Positions 1 through 10,015 of a DNA stretch of 64,000 nt are shown here, one piece after another. Location of the stretch: positions 86,745-150,744 of IMG/VR virus record IMGVR_UViG_3300022890_000014, one strand, 5' to 3'. The translations under genes and the position numbers were made by a program. The notes beneath the pieces were generated by a model that worked only from the letters and a program-made list of their open reading frames with translations, was not told the DNA's origin and ran no database searches. Positions within the stretch are counted from its first letter, which is position 1. Each line of letters opens with the position of its first letter. This DNA comes from a virus.

Positions 1-172
1 AACTTTTGAGAGGAAGTCAGATCTTCACGAATCCAGAGAAAACAAATCTGTTGACAAATCGTATGAATTGAGAGATCATACAAAGGTAGCATACGGAATC
101 ACCGCTGAATCGATAAGAAAAGAGATAGGCACCTGTTCTAAGTAGAGGCTGTCTGTCATAAAAACATTAATT

Positions 173-202
173 TGCGGAGTTAGCACCTTCGCATTTTTTT
201 TT
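173..202 (+). terminator. Intrinsic terminator
   Basis: TGCGGAG-loop-CTTCGCA stem followed by a long T run. Confidence 0.6.
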
Positions 203-213
203 AGGAGATACTA

Positions 214-609
214 ATGAGAAAAGGATCAGTAAGCACCAAGAGAGAGCTTAAACAAAACGTCCAAGGCAAGTGGAGAGAAAAGACTATCCATGAGCATGCT
301 CACGATGGCATCTCATTTATTCTCAAGAAGCTCAACGAAGAAGATGGCGTACAGTATCATCTGTGCAGAGAGAAAGAGACAGTCGAAGGTAAGCCTGAAA
401 CTGCGAAATACATGAACCAGTTCACTGTAAATGGTGATGAGAAAGCTATGTCTGTAACTGGTAACGCTGTTGTATCTTGGTTCGATATGGAAGGCAATCA
501 TCACGATAGAAAAACCAAAGTCACATACAAGTTTACTGGGTATATAGGAAGAGATAATCTGCATCAGAACACACTGATAGTAGAAGAATACGAAGTCGAT
601 GGAATCTAG
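214..609 (+). CDS. Hypothetical protein
   Basis: 131-aa ORF with AGGAG RBS. Confidence 0.7.
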   Translation: MRKGSVSTKRELKQNVQGKWREKTIHEHAHDGISFILKKLNEEDGVQYHLCREKETVEGKPETAKYMNQFTVNGDEKAMSVTGNAVVSWFDMEGNHHDRKTKVTYKFTGYIGRDNLHQNTLIVEEYEVDGI

Positions 610-667
610 TGTTTGCGTAAGCCTTACGCATGGACTGATATAACTTTTTTAGCATGGAGAATGTCAA

Positions 668-1735
668 ATGATTAGGTCAGAGGTTGTTATTAGTAATTGT
701 TCCGTCAAAGAAAACAAGGGTGGCGGCAAGTGGTATCTTCAAGGCAAGCTAAAACGGGTCGGAGAAGACGTTCTGGACTTCAAGTTCTGGGACTACAGAG
801 ATCCCGAAGATGCTAGTCAAGAGCCAAAAGCAGCGAAAGATGGTTTCTATCTCGTAGAGTTCAAGATTGATCAATGGAAAGGAATAAATCAGGCTGTCAT
901 AAGCGCGATGAAGGAGACTGAGCATCCAAGTCAAGAGCTTAGAAATTGCGCAGTCGTGAAGCCTATAGCAGATATAGACATCGAGGATGTTTTAAAGAGG
1001 CTTTCATTCTACATTTCGTCTATAGAGAATGAGGCGATAAAAGACCTAGTGAAGATGTGTCTTTCTGTGTCAGTTTTTGACTGGGACTCAAAATGGGAGC
1101 CTGAAGATATAGTTGATGTGCTTACCAGCGGTCCATCAAAATTCACAGAAATGTGGGGGGCACGAAGCCCTGGTCATCATTCGTACACCGGCGGGTGGCT
1201 TGTACATACATACGAGGTTCTTGATGGGGCAATGGGAATACTTAGTGCATCAGGCAGGATTTCTGAATTTCACAGATCTGCAACTGCTATTCCTGCTCCA
1301 ATGAAGGATGCAACGATAGCCTCTGCTATCTTACATGACATTGGCAAGTTTTTCGAGTACGATATATCAAGTGGTATGTCCTGTAAGAGATCTGACGTAG
1401 GAGACTTACATTCTGGACATCTATTCTTATCGGTTCGTGTCATAGATAGAGTAATTGATATGATAGACAATCTAAGAAATTCATCAGCAGGCTCATTAAG
1501 AAGTGGCGCAACTGGAGAAGTGATTGAGCATATCATGCATGCGGTAGCTTCGCATCATGGATTGGATGGTAATCCAGAGTCCTCACCAAGAACTATACCT
1601 GCCATATGCCTACACCACGCAGATGCCGCAACCTCGTCCATTACAAAAATCAAAGACAATATCTTTGAAGCCGAAGGAGGAAGAAAGAAACACTTTGGAG
1701 AAATGCTTGTTAAGATGAATGCAGGTTTATATTAA
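668..1735 (+). CDS. YhaM/Cbf1-like OB-fold + HD-domain 3'-5' exonuclease
   Basis: N-terminal OB-like region; HHSYTGGWLVHTYEV, ILHDIGK, ASHHG and LHHAD motifs of the YhaM HD family. Confidence 0.85.
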   Translation: MIRSEVVISNCSVKENKGGGKWYLQGKLKRVGEDVLDFKFWDYRDPEDASQEPKAAKDGFYLVEFKIDQWKGINQAVISAMKETEHPSQELRNCAVVKPIADIDIEDVLKRLSFYISSIENEAIKDLVKMCLSVSVFDWDSKWEPEDIVDVLTSGPSKFTEMWGARSPGHHSYTGGWLVHTYEVLDGAMGILSASGRISEFHRSATAIPAPMKDATIASAILHDIGKFFEYDISSGMSCKRSDVGDLHSGHLFLSVRVIDRVIDMIDNLRNSSAGSLRSGATGEVIEHIMHAVASHHGLDGNPESSPRTIPAICLHHADAATSSITKIKDNIFEAEGGRKKHFGEMLVKMNAGLY

Positions 1736-1758
1736 AATTTTAGAGTGGAGAATACATT

Positions 1759-2475
1759 ATGAAGAATAGAGTAGGTGGCCTAACCATAAATCGCAAAACG
1801 ATAGTGGCTACTCTTTTCTTAAGCTTTGTTGCTATAGCTATCCCATTTTTGTATGTGTATGCAGCAGATACAAAAGCTGCTAGAACGATAAAGCATATTA
1901 AAGATACTATGACTGTAGAGTATATCGTTGCTGTAGTCGTAGCATCGTATGTAATTATTACCTTCTTCCTTGAGTTCTTTAAGAAGATGGGATGGGTAAA
2001 AAGCAAGGCTGATTCACAGACTGGAGATATTTTTGAACTAAAGAACGTTTTGATGCCCAAAGGAATTGACTTTAAAAAAACAGAGATAGGTGCTATAATA
2101 AAGCGCAGTGAAGATGTTGAGGATGCAGTAAAAGATATTGCTTCTCTTCTACACAGCTTGTCCTCTGTTAAAGAAGACTGCAAAGAGATAAAGTCAAGAC
2201 TAGAGGGGTGTGATGAGCACTATAGGAAAACCTCAAGGGTATACGATCTTCTGGAGACAGATGTAGGTTCAACTCCTAAATTCTGGTGTTCTGGTCATGA
2301 CAAGTTAGAAGCTGATAGCGATAGCCTTATAGTGCTATTGAAAGATCTAACTTCAAGGGTTGATGTTATGACCGAGAGCATAGAGAAGAATCAAGAAATC
2401 CAGAGGATGTATGTTCAGAATCAATCATCAATGACAGCTTTACTTGAACTTATCCTTCAGAAGAAAGCTGTGTAA
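1759..2475 (+). CDS. Membrane protein with two N-terminal TM helices and a coiled-coil C-terminus
   Basis: Hydrophobic segments IVATLFLSFVAIAIPFLYVYA and YIVAVVVASYVIITFFLEFF. Confidence 0.65.
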   Translation: MKNRVGGLTINRKTIVATLFLSFVAIAIPFLYVYAADTKAARTIKHIKDTMTVEYIVAVVVASYVIITFFLEFFKKMGWVKSKADSQTGDIFELKNVLMPKGIDFKKTEIGAIIKRSEDVEDAVKDIASLLHSLSSVKEDCKEIKSRLEGCDEHYRKTSRVYDLLETDVGSTPKFWCSGHDKLEADSDSLIVLLKDLTSRVDVMTESIEKNQEIQRMYVQNQSSMTALLELILQKKAV

Positions 2476-2495
2476 CTATCCCTGGAGTACAGAGA

Positions 2496-2693
2496 ATGCA
2501 ACGAACACTGGATGCCACTGGAATGTTTAGTTTGGTCTCTAGCACATCTGACAAACTGGACAAGCTAATGGAGAAGCATCTTCCAATTAACAGCCAAACA
2601 AGACGGAAGATAGTACTCTCGCCAAAGAGTGTTCCTTCTGGCAGCAAAAACCTTTCGCGTAAGGCTTACGCAGGAAAAGAAAACGGAGAATGA
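2496..2693 (+). CDS. Small hypothetical protein
   Basis: 65-aa ORF with GGAG upstream; contains a palindrome copy (RKAYA). Confidence 0.45.
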   Translation: MQRTLDATGMFSLVSSTSDKLDKLMEKHLPINSQTRRKIVLSPKSVPSGSKNLSRKAYAGKENGE

Positions 2694-2694
2694 T

Positions 2695-3138
2695 ATGAGC
2701 GGTTCCAAAAAGTTTGCAAGCAAGAGAAGCGGAAATATCTCGGCAAAAGGTCCGAGAACAACTACAGATAGTGACCAGACCAGAATTGAGAGACAAAAGA
2801 AGTCTGTCAAGTTATCTGAGAAGGCATATATCTGCGATCAGTGTGGAGGCAAAGGAACATTGATGCTTCCTGAGTTCCGAAAGGAAGACGAGGGGGTAAT
2901 ATGGTTCCTGAAGCTCAAGAAAGCTCTTGCTTGCAAGCCTGATGGATGGAACTTATTCATGACGGGAAAGGATATTATTGTTATAAGAGATCCAGAGAAT
3001 GTAAATGAACCTTTAGATGTCTCTGGATTACGTCTCAATCTAGGTCAAATCATAGCATATGAATCTGCTGCTCTTGACCTAGGCATAGACCTTCCAGACA
3101 TGGAACAACCAGAGGAGGGCGAACCTTCTGCTGAATAG
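2695..3138 (+). CDS. Hypothetical protein (CxxC)
   Basis: Start moved to the ATG at 2695 after the ACGGAG RBS; CDQCGG motif. Confidence 0.6.
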   Translation: MSGSKKFASKRSGNISAKGPRTTTDSDQTRIERQKKSVKLSEKAYICDQCGGKGTLMLPEFRKEDEGVIWFLKLKKALACKPDGWNLFMTGKDIIVIRDPENVNEPLDVSGLRLNLGQIIAYESAALDLGIDLPDMEQPEEGEPSAE

Positions 3139-3146
3139 GAGTTGCC

Positions 3147-4961
3147 TTGAAGAAATTCATAGATGGACTAACCGAAGAACAGAAAGCCCCGATTGAGAAC
3201 TATCAGGGTGGTCCAACAAGGATAACAGCGATACCTGGTTCTGGAAAGACAAGAACCTTAGTAGCACTAGCTGCTTTCCTTTGGGATAAATATGGAGGAA
3301 CTAAAAGCAATCCAAAGACAAGGCTGATAACCTTCACGACAAAAGCTGCGAACGAAGCAAGAGAAAGACTAACCCTCCTGTGTGGACCTAAAGTTCTAAA
3401 CTCCGTAACAAATTTTCATCAGCTAGCAAGCAGAATATATAGGTCTAGCAAACCTGATTATTTCTGGCCGTCAGATTGCACATATACGGCTAACTCCATA
3501 GATAAGACTGTATACAACATGCTAATGGAGAAGTATGATTTAGACCTAGACAAGAACGAAGTCAATAGGAAATGGAGCGAAACAGTAAATGGAATAGCGT
3601 CTATAGAAGAAGCTGAGAATGAGTTTATGTTCTGCGGGTCAGAAGAATCACAGATAATATACGAGATGTTGCAAATATATAAGAAGAAAAAGATACTTCC
3701 GCTTGACCTACTAGTTCCTCTCGCCGTGTCACTACTCCGAAGAAGCTCAAGGCAAACATGTGAATACCTACTAGTTGATGAGTTTCAAGATTCAAACAAA
3801 TCACAAATGGAGTTCTGCAAGCTATTACTAGGTAATAGCAACAATATTATTGTAGCTGGTGACAAGAACCAGAGTATCTACCAATGGAGAGGAGCAAGAC
3901 CAGAGAACATTGGCTATGAGTTTGAGAAGAGATACAAGGGTTTTAGTTCCTATATGTTAACGAAAAACTTCCGTTCCACGCCAATCATTCTATCTGCTGC
4001 TAAAGGTGTGCTTGAGCAGCTACATGAAGATGTGCCTCAACATGTAGCACATAGTACAGACTGTAGTGGAAAGATATACTTTTCAGAGCCATACGGGATG
4101 AAAGAGGAGGCTTCTTTGGTATCTCGCTGGATAAACAAGAAAGTAGCCGAAGGATTGGAATACAAAGACTTCTACATATTATATAGAATGCATAGCAATA
4201 TGTACGAAGTTGAAAAGTCCTTGATAAACAATAGAATACCGTATATAATTCATAAAGGGTCGTCGTTCTTCAATAGGATGGAAGTACTAGATCTTATCGC
4301 ATACATCAAATGGGCCATAAATCCAAGAGATAGAGAGAGTGCTGAGAGAGTAATCAATAAACCGAGGAGAGGTATAGGCAAGGTGACTCTTGGCAAGATA
4401 AATCTAAACTACACTGATACTAGTGATTGGCCTAAGAAAGCTATGCCTCTGAATGATTTCATGGTAGGTTTAAACTGGTTAATCGAGAACCTATGTGCAG
4501 AACCAGACTCTCTTGTCGAAGAATTACTAGAGAAAACTGGACTGTACGAGTTCTATGAAAACGACCCTGATAGACAAGACTCAATGATGGCTATCCTTAC
4601 GATGGCTAAAGAAGCAAAAGAAGCTGGTCTTAGTCCAAAGGAGTTTCTTGACGAACTATTCCTGTGTCAACCAGCAGACTCGAACGACGATAACGCTGTC
4701 AGGCTTATGACTATGCATTCCGCAAAAGGTCTTGAGTCTAAGGCAGTAATATTAATACATGCCTGCGATGCTATCATCACAGCAGGAGATGAAGAGGAGT
4801 GTAATCTTGTATACGTAGCTGTTAGTAGAGCAGAAAAGGAACTGTTAATTTCTAGTCCACAGGTTGTGTACAGATTTGGTACTCCAATAGTAACAGACAG
4901 AACATGCTTTCTAGACCACATAAACAAAGAGACATTTGGAGATAGACTTGAGATACTATAG
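3147..4961 (+). CDS. uvrD: UvrD/PcrA-family SF1 DNA helicase
   Basis: AIPGSGKT, LVDEFQD, GDKNQSIYQWRGA, NFRS, TMHSAKGLE and YVAVSRA motifs. Confidence 0.95.
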   Translation: MKKFIDGLTEEQKAPIENYQGGPTRITAIPGSGKTRTLVALAAFLWDKYGGTKSNPKTRLITFTTKAANEARERLTLLCGPKVLNSVTNFHQLASRIYRSSKPDYFWPSDCTYTANSIDKTVYNMLMEKYDLDLDKNEVNRKWSETVNGIASIEEAENEFMFCGSEESQIIYEMLQIYKKKKILPLDLLVPLAVSLLRRSSRQTCEYLLVDEFQDSNKSQMEFCKLLLGNSNNIIVAGDKNQSIYQWRGARPENIGYEFEKRYKGFSSYMLTKNFRSTPIILSAAKGVLEQLHEDVPQHVAHSTDCSGKIYFSEPYGMKEEASLVSRWINKKVAEGLEYKDFYILYRMHSNMYEVEKSLINNRIPYIIHKGSSFFNRMEVLDLIAYIKWAINPRDRESAERVINKPRRGIGKVTLGKINLNYTDTSDWPKKAMPLNDFMVGLNWLIENLCAEPDSLVEELLEKTGLYEFYENDPDRQDSMMAILTMAKEAKEAGLSPKEFLDELFLCQPADSNDDNAVRLMTMHSAKGLESKAVILIHACDAIITAGDEEECNLVYVAVSRAEKELLISSPQVVYRFGTPIVTDRTCFLDHINKETFGDRLEIL

Positions 4962-5025
4962 CTATCTATACTGAATGTAGAAGTATCCTGCTCTATCAAG
5001 GGCAGGTATTTTTTTAGGAAAAACT

Positions 5026-5388
5026 ATGCCTGATGAAAAGTATATAAGGATAGTAGGATGCTTAAATGGACTGGACGGTGAGACGCCAGAGCTTCCAGAA
5101 GATGAGTGCTTAAATCCTTGCATGTGGAGGATTAATGCACCAGAGTATAACAATTGTTGCTGGGTTGTATCTGAAACAACAGAGGGGATTAATGATTTAA
5201 GAAAGCTTGGAAAGATGACTGGCATGGCTCATGAAAGTGTAAGGATTGTAATAAGGAATGCTTTAGAGAAGCTACCCAAGAACCTCGAAGAACTAGACGC
5301 AGCATGTAAAAAGATAGATGGAGAAGGTGTTAGGGATAGAGTTAGGATTGATAGATACATGAATGATATAATCACAAAACTAATGTAG
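5026..5388 (+). CDS. Protein with sigma-70 region-4-like HTH and Cys-rich N-terminus
   Basis: LRKLGKMTGMAHESVRIVIRNALEKL resembles the sigma r4 pattern LxEIGxxxGxSRERVRQIxxxALxKL. Confidence 0.6.
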   Translation: MPDEKYIRIVGCLNGLDGETPELPEDECLNPCMWRINAPEYNNCCWVVSETTEGINDLRKLGKMTGMAHESVRIVIRNALEKLPKNLEELDAACKKIDGEGVRDRVRIDRYMNDIITKLM

Positions 5389-5453
5389 TTTGCGGTATAA
5401 GCCTTTTACGTGGAGAAACAAATTAATGCGTAAGTCTTACGCAAGGATGTATC

Positions 5454-5960
5454 ATGGCTAAGATTACTAATGAGAAAATGTTCATGGATTGGTTCTCAAA
5501 GAACTTAATCAAAGTATTATCACCAGATTCTAAAGTAAAGAGGTTGTCGGACAGGTCTTCTTCTGGTTATCCAGACCTAATAATTATTACACCTAGCAAT
5601 GGTGTTGTTGCTGTTGAACTTAAGTTTATAAAACATGAGCCTTCACCTGGGAAAAGCCCATTCTCTCATAAACTATCTTCTCTACAGGAGAGGTTTCTGG
5701 ATGACTGGGGTAAATCATGTGGTGGTAAATCGTTTATGGTTACTGGGGTTCTTGCAAGAGGAAGCAGTGAAGATAGAATAATAGTTACGAGTCACAATAG
5801 ATTGGGTGAGCTTAATCTACGAGGCTGTTGCTCCATGAACGAGCTTGGGTTAGTATCTGATGTATTCTTTATTGACATTGGTGCTGATATTGCAGCATTA
5901 AATGATCCTTTCTATGAAGAAGAATGCTGCAACCTGAGAGCACTACTACTAGGAATGTAA
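5454..5960 (+). CDS. VRR-NUC/Holliday-junction-resolvase-like PD-(D/E)XK nuclease
   Basis: GYPDLIII...VAVELK motif and LSSLQERFL helix. Confidence 0.8.
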   Translation: MAKITNEKMFMDWFSKNLIKVLSPDSKVKRLSDRSSSGYPDLIIITPSNGVVAVELKFIKHEPSPGKSPFSHKLSSLQERFLDDWGKSCGGKSFMVTGVLARGSSEDRIIVTSHNRLGELNLRGCCSMNELGLVSDVFFIDIGADIAALNDPFYEEECCNLRALLLGM

Positions 5961-5961
5961 A

Positions 5962-6648
5962 ATGGTCAAGGTAAATAAAAAAAGATCTGGGATAGTCAAG
6001 CCTGAGAACCTTAGTCCCGCTGAATTTATGAAGTGGAGACATAAGGTTGTAGCAAAAAGAGGGCAGAGTATATTCAATGATATGGGCATACCTCTACCTG
6101 ATGAGTTTGAGGAAGTGTCAGAGTATCAACAAGGAGTGTTCAACGATAGTGTTGAGCAGGCGATCTCCGACAAGTCTAGAGAGATGAGAAGTCAAGATGA
6201 GGGAGCACTAGCCAGGAAGGAGTTCGATTTCGTGTCGGAGGACGACTGGTCAACATTACAATCGGGTTCTAAGTTTGAAGGCAATCAAGTTAGGTTTAAA
6301 GAGTTCAGGGGTAGGAACTACGACATGGAGTATGTTATATCGCCCCCAGATGTAGTATGGCATATATTCTATCCATCCAACACTATGATGAATAAAGAAG
6401 TCATGATGGAAATACACTCTATACTAAAGCCATTTGTGCCTAGGCAGTGGAGAGTATCGTTGTCGTTTGAGAGCAAAGTATCTCCATACTCATCTGCTGT
6501 AGAAGGCAGGGGTGATGACGTAATAGAGTGCTGTTCTTACTCAGTGAAGTTCCATGAGTTAAACCAAGAGCCAGGTGCAGCACATATAATGACTCAGATT
6601 CTCAATGAGTTCTTGCAGAAGTTTGTCATGATGGTTCATGCAATATAA
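5962..6648 (+). CDS. Hypothetical protein
   Basis: 228-aa ORF coupled to its neighbours. Confidence 0.7.
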   Translation: MVKVNKKRSGIVKPENLSPAEFMKWRHKVVAKRGQSIFNDMGIPLPDEFEEVSEYQQGVFNDSVEQAISDKSREMRSQDEGALARKEFDFVSEDDWSTLQSGSKFEGNQVRFKEFRGRNYDMEYVISPPDVVWHIFYPSNTMMNKEVMMEIHSILKPFVPRQWRVSLSFESKVSPYSSAVEGRGDDVIECCSYSVKFHELNQEPGAAHIMTQILNEFLQKFVMMVHAI

Positions 6649-6949
6649 TAGGAGAGTAATAGTGACACCGAATATGGAAATAGATGTAGTCACATCATTA
6701 ACCGCCAGATACTTAAGGGAAGAAGCGGAGGGTAAAAAGCTATGTGGATACGGTTCTATGCTTAATGGAATGGACACTGTGGTTCGCATAGAGCTTGAGG
6801 ATGGATACTTGCACAACCCGTGTATAGTATCTGGAATCGAGGAAGTTCCTGGCGGTTACACATATACAATGGTTCATGCGTTCCGTCCGATAGTATATAG
6901 AAATGTTCAGCCAGGACAGTTCAGGATAATGAAAACGTTTGATGCGTAA
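6638..6949 (+). CDS. Hypothetical protein
   Basis: 103 aa; stop codon TAA lies in the palindrome at 6943. Confidence 0.6.
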   Translation: MQYNRRVIVTPNMEIDVVTSLTARYLREEAEGKKLCGYGSMLNGMDTVVRIELEDGYLHNPCIVSGIEEVPGGYTYTMVHAFRPIVYRNVQPGQFRIMKTFDA

Positions 6950-6970
6950 GCCTTACGCAGGGGAATAGAA

Positions 6971-7201
6971 ATGCATGACAGTAAAGAAAGGAAAAGGTTG
7001 GCTAAGTATGGATTAAACATATACCTAGTAATGTTTGTTGACTGCTCTGACAGCAACAACATACTTAAAGAGTGCGTTGTTCAAGAAAGATCAGAATTTG
7101 AAGCAAGGATTCGTGCTAAAACACTATTCGATCACGATAGGCACTACTGTCCTAGGATTCGCAAAGCTGGCTGCTACAGAATAGAATCATGCGAGGTGTA
7201 A
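6971..7201 (+). CDS. Hypothetical protein
   Basis: 72-76-aa small-gene array member with GGGG RBS. Confidence 0.6.
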   Translation: MHDSKERKRLAKYGLNIYLVMFVDCSDSNNILKECVVQERSEFEARIRAKTLFDHDRHYCPRIRKAGCYRIESCEV

Positions 7202-7420
7202 ATGATTTGTAAAAACAAAGAGTGCAAGAAAGAGTTTAAAGAATCAGAAATAGATGAGTTAGAATTCTTTCATTGCTGCGATTGCGACAATATAGAGTAT
7301 ATCATGAGGGTGTGCCCACACTGCGGCTGTGATGTAGATGAGGAACCTGATGATTCTGCTGATGATGACAGAAAAGCTTATTTAGCACCAGCGGTTCCTC
7401 CTGAAAAAATGAAGTTCTAA
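7202..7420 (+). CDS. Small zinc-ribbon protein
   Basis: CKNKEC...CPHCG. Confidence 0.6.
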   Translation: MICKNKECKKEFKESEIDELEFFHCCDCDNIEYIMRVCPHCGCDVDEEPDDSADDDRKAYLAPAVPPEKMKF

Positions 7421-7438
7421 ATACAAGAGGTTGTACAG

Positions 7439-7738
7439 ATGCCAACAGTTCGTGAAACAGTAGAAACAGAAGTGGAAGTAAGATTAGAGTTCCAAATGTG
7501 GTGTGGTATTTGTGGTGCTGGAATATGCCACAATACAGAGTATGTAGATGGGTCGGATAATCACTTCAATACTTACTGTGATAGCTGCAATGAAGAGAAG
7601 GAAAATCTGGAAACTGAGAGGGATGAACTAAAAGAGTCGTGCGAGAGCATGAAAGAAGAGAACGAAGAATTGGAAGAGAAAATTGAGGAGCTAGAGGAGA
7701 AGATCAAGGAATTGGAACTAGAATCAAAACTCGAATAG
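7439..7738 (+). CDS. Zn-finger plus acidic coiled-coil protein
   Basis: CGICG...CDSC followed by heptad E/K repeats. Confidence 0.65.
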   Translation: MPTVRETVETEVEVRLEFQMWCGICGAGICHNTEYVDGSDNHFNTYCDSCNEEKENLETERDELKESCESMKEENEELEEKIEELEEKIKELELESKLE

Positions 7739-7755
7739 ATTAACGGAGAAAGATA

Positions 7756-8049
7756 GTGATTAAAAAATACACAAAGATTCCAGTAGAAATCGAAGCGATC
7801 CAATTCACTGGATACAATAACGCTCATTGCCAAGCGTTTATCGGTGATAACTTTGACAACACAAGAAACTATCCAAACATCAAGACTGACAGAGGAGTGA
7901 TGAGAGTTAACAAGGGAGATTTTATTATCAAAGGTGTCGAAGGTGAATTCTATCCATGTGACCCAGATGTATTCAAGAAAACATATTCAAACTCAAATGA
8001 ATGTGACACGGAGAAAACTAGTGAAGATAACAGTGAGAACAAGATCTGA
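7756..8049 (+). CDS. Conserved small phage protein
   Basis: KYTKIPVEIEAIQFTG...GDFIIKGVEGEFYPCDPDVFKKTY, a widespread phage hypothetical-protein pattern. Confidence 0.75.
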   Translation: MIKKYTKIPVEIEAIQFTGYNNAHCQAFIGDNFDNTRNYPNIKTDRGVMRVNKGDFIIKGVEGEFYPCDPDVFKKTYSNSNECDTEKTSEDNSENKI

Positions 8050-8266
8050 CGCAGAAGTTGAGAGATGTGGTGACAGATCTGCAATACAAATACATATTGA
8101 CGAGAGGAAAGTCTTTTCTGTATGTGATGGGGAGCCAGAAGACGCCACGTTGTCTAGGGACTACAATGATTGCTGGTTCATACCTGATTTGCTAGAGAAA
8201 GCTTACAATGCAGGTAAGGCTGGAGAAAAGTTTGAGCTTGTCTACGAAGACGATGACGGCATATAA
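8021..8266 (+). CDS. Hypothetical protein
   Basis: GTG start at 8021 after GGAG, in frame with ORF 7934..8266. Confidence 0.55.
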   Translation: MKITVRTRSDAEVERCGDRSAIQIHIDERKVFSVCDGEPEDATLSRDYNDCWFIPDLLEKAYNAGKAGEKFELVYEDDDGI

Positions 8267-8287
8267 AGCACAAACGGAGAAATAACC

Positions 8288-8506
8288 ATGAAAAGATACC
8301 TACTTATCCTGTTCTACTCATTCTTCACGACGTACAGCATTGTTTTCGCAACTAAGTACACACTGATTGCCCAAGGTTTACTTAAGGGAGATGGTGATAG
8401 TAGTCACACTCTAGTACCTTCGTGGCTAGGTGCCATTGTATGGGTTGGTGCATGCCTTGTAGTATGTTCTTCTGGAGCGTTCGCTAAAAAGAAAGAGGAG
8501 AAGTAG
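8288..8506 (+). CDS. Small two-TM membrane protein
   Basis: Two hydrophobic segments and a basic C-terminal tail. Confidence 0.6.
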   Translation: MKRYLLILFYSFFTTYSIVFATKYTLIAQGLLKGDGDSSHTLVPSWLGAIVWVGACLVVCSSGAFAKKKEEK

Positions 8507-8512
8507 ATACTT

Positions 8513-8845
8513 ATGGCAAATATCAGCAAACAAAAACTCGCAGAATTGCTACGTGCAAAAGAAAAACTTAATGCCTTGGAAAATGGAGGCGTTGATAATT
8601 GGGAATGGTACGACAAATCACTGGAAGAATGGCACAAAAATAATGACCTCATCGAATCGAGAGAAGAGCTGCTCAACGAGCTTTCCGAGGTGTTTGGTGA
8701 ATGCGCCTATGAACCATCTGAACGCGGGGCTGGTATTGCATTCAACGACGATCTCATGGAAGCAGCCATGAACGTGCTAGAAAGACATGGTGTGACTTTC
8801 ACTAAAAACAAAGTGATTAGAATCTTGCTAGAGATGACATGGTAG
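8513..8845 (+). CDS. Conserved phage hypothetical protein
   Basis: LNALENGGVDNWEWY motif common in phage small genes. Confidence 0.7.
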   Translation: MANISKQKLAELLRAKEKLNALENGGVDNWEWYDKSLEEWHKNNDLIESREELLNELSEVFGECAYEPSERGAGIAFNDDLMEAAMNVLERHGVTFTKNKVIRILLEMTW

Positions 8846-8952
8846 GTACTTGTCTAAAGAACAGATCGGGTACTTTGGGTTCGATTCCCATTCAATCTTG
8901 GTGACGTGAATACCTGATCATAGTGGGGTTCGAGTCCCCGCCGCTAGCTTCA
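8827..8952 (+). ncRNA. tRNA-like RNA or degenerate tRNA with an enlarged variable region
   Basis: GCTAG(8827)/CTAGC(8944) acceptor-like pairing; TGGTAG D-loop-like motif; T-arm TGGGG-TTCGAGT-CCCCG; a second T-loop hairpin TGGG-TTCGATT-CCCA inside a 9-bp stem. Confidence 0.4.
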
Positions 8953-9080
8953 CACAAGAGAGGTGAGAATATCATGACTGATAACTAAAAGCCTGTGTTC
9001 GAGATAAAAGAAGAGCAGTTATCAAGAGAAGAGCTTTCTAGGTACGCAACCGAAAACGAAGAAAGGTTATCTAAAAAAGA

Positions 9081-9728
9081 ATGACATACGACACTTCAGT
9101 TAGTCCGGCCTTTATTGGCATCTCAGGAATCATAGGCGTTGGAAAATCAACACTAACCAAAGCTCTATCAAAGAGACTTGGTATTCCTGCGCACTATGAG
9201 CCAGTAGAGGATAATGAATACCTCAAAGACTTTTACAAAGATCCAGCCAGGTATTCTTTCTCAATGCAGATCTATCTTCTCTCACGGAGGTTTGAGCAGC
9301 ATCAAAGAATTATCTGGTCTGGTCTTGGTGGTATTCAGGACCGGACTATCTACGAAGATACCGTATTCGCATCCATGCTAAAAAAAGATGGCCTCATGAG
9401 TGAGAGAGACTATGAGTGCTATGCTAGACTGTTCAAGAACATGGCTAACTTCATGTGTAAGCCAAGCCTAATCATCCATCTAGATGCAGCACCAGAAGAA
9501 GCCATATCAAGAGCAAGGCAAAGAAATCGTGAAGCAGAGAGCACTCTGTCTCTTGAGTACATGACAAAGTTGTATAATGAATATCAGGTGTTCATTAATG
9601 AGATTAGCGAGTCGATCAAAGTCATAAGAGTCAACTGGGGAATATCATCACTAGAGACAACAGATACGGTCGCAGACAAGATTCTCAAAGCTCTTGACCA
9701 AAAAACACTAAACAATATGGTGAAGTAA
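9081..9728 (+). CDS. Deoxynucleoside kinase
   Basis: P-loop GIIGVGKST, EPV, QDRTIYED and RxRxxE lid of the dNK family. Confidence 0.92.
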   Translation: MTYDTSVSPAFIGISGIIGVGKSTLTKALSKRLGIPAHYEPVEDNEYLKDFYKDPARYSFSMQIYLLSRRFEQHQRIIWSGLGGIQDRTIYEDTVFASMLKKDGLMSERDYECYARLFKNMANFMCKPSLIIHLDAAPEEAISRARQRNREAESTLSLEYMTKLYNEYQVFINEISESIKVIRVNWGISSLETTDTVADKILKALDQKTLNNMVK

Positions 9729-9988
9729 TGTCTGATGTGAAAAAGACGATATATGCCGAAAATAATGCCGACACGTTCAACAGAATCGCAAGAGACAAAG
9801 ATCAGAACCAAAACAGTGAGAGATTCAAGAAGAAAGATCCATATGGAAGGAAGTGGGACATCACCAACTACAAAGTTCATTACTGCGACATTGATTGCAA
9901 GATGAAGCTATACCTAAATGGCGCTGAAGTGGATCTTCCTAACAACACGAGAGAGCGATTCGCAACACATGTGAACGGAGCAGCATAA
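9728..9988 (+). CDS. Hypothetical protein
   Basis: TAATG-coupled to the dNK gene. Confidence 0.6.
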   Translation: MSDVKKTIYAENNADTFNRIARDKDQNQNSERFKKKDPYGRKWDITNYKVHYCDIDCKMKLYLNGAEVDLPNNTRERFATHVNGAA

Positions 9989-10015
9989 AGAAAGCGCAGG
10001 TGCTTTCAGTACCGT

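Noticed and set aside
51-79. Sigma-70 promoter TTGACA at 51
   Set aside because: The -10 at 17-bp spacing (GATCAT) is poor and a terminator follows at 173-202.
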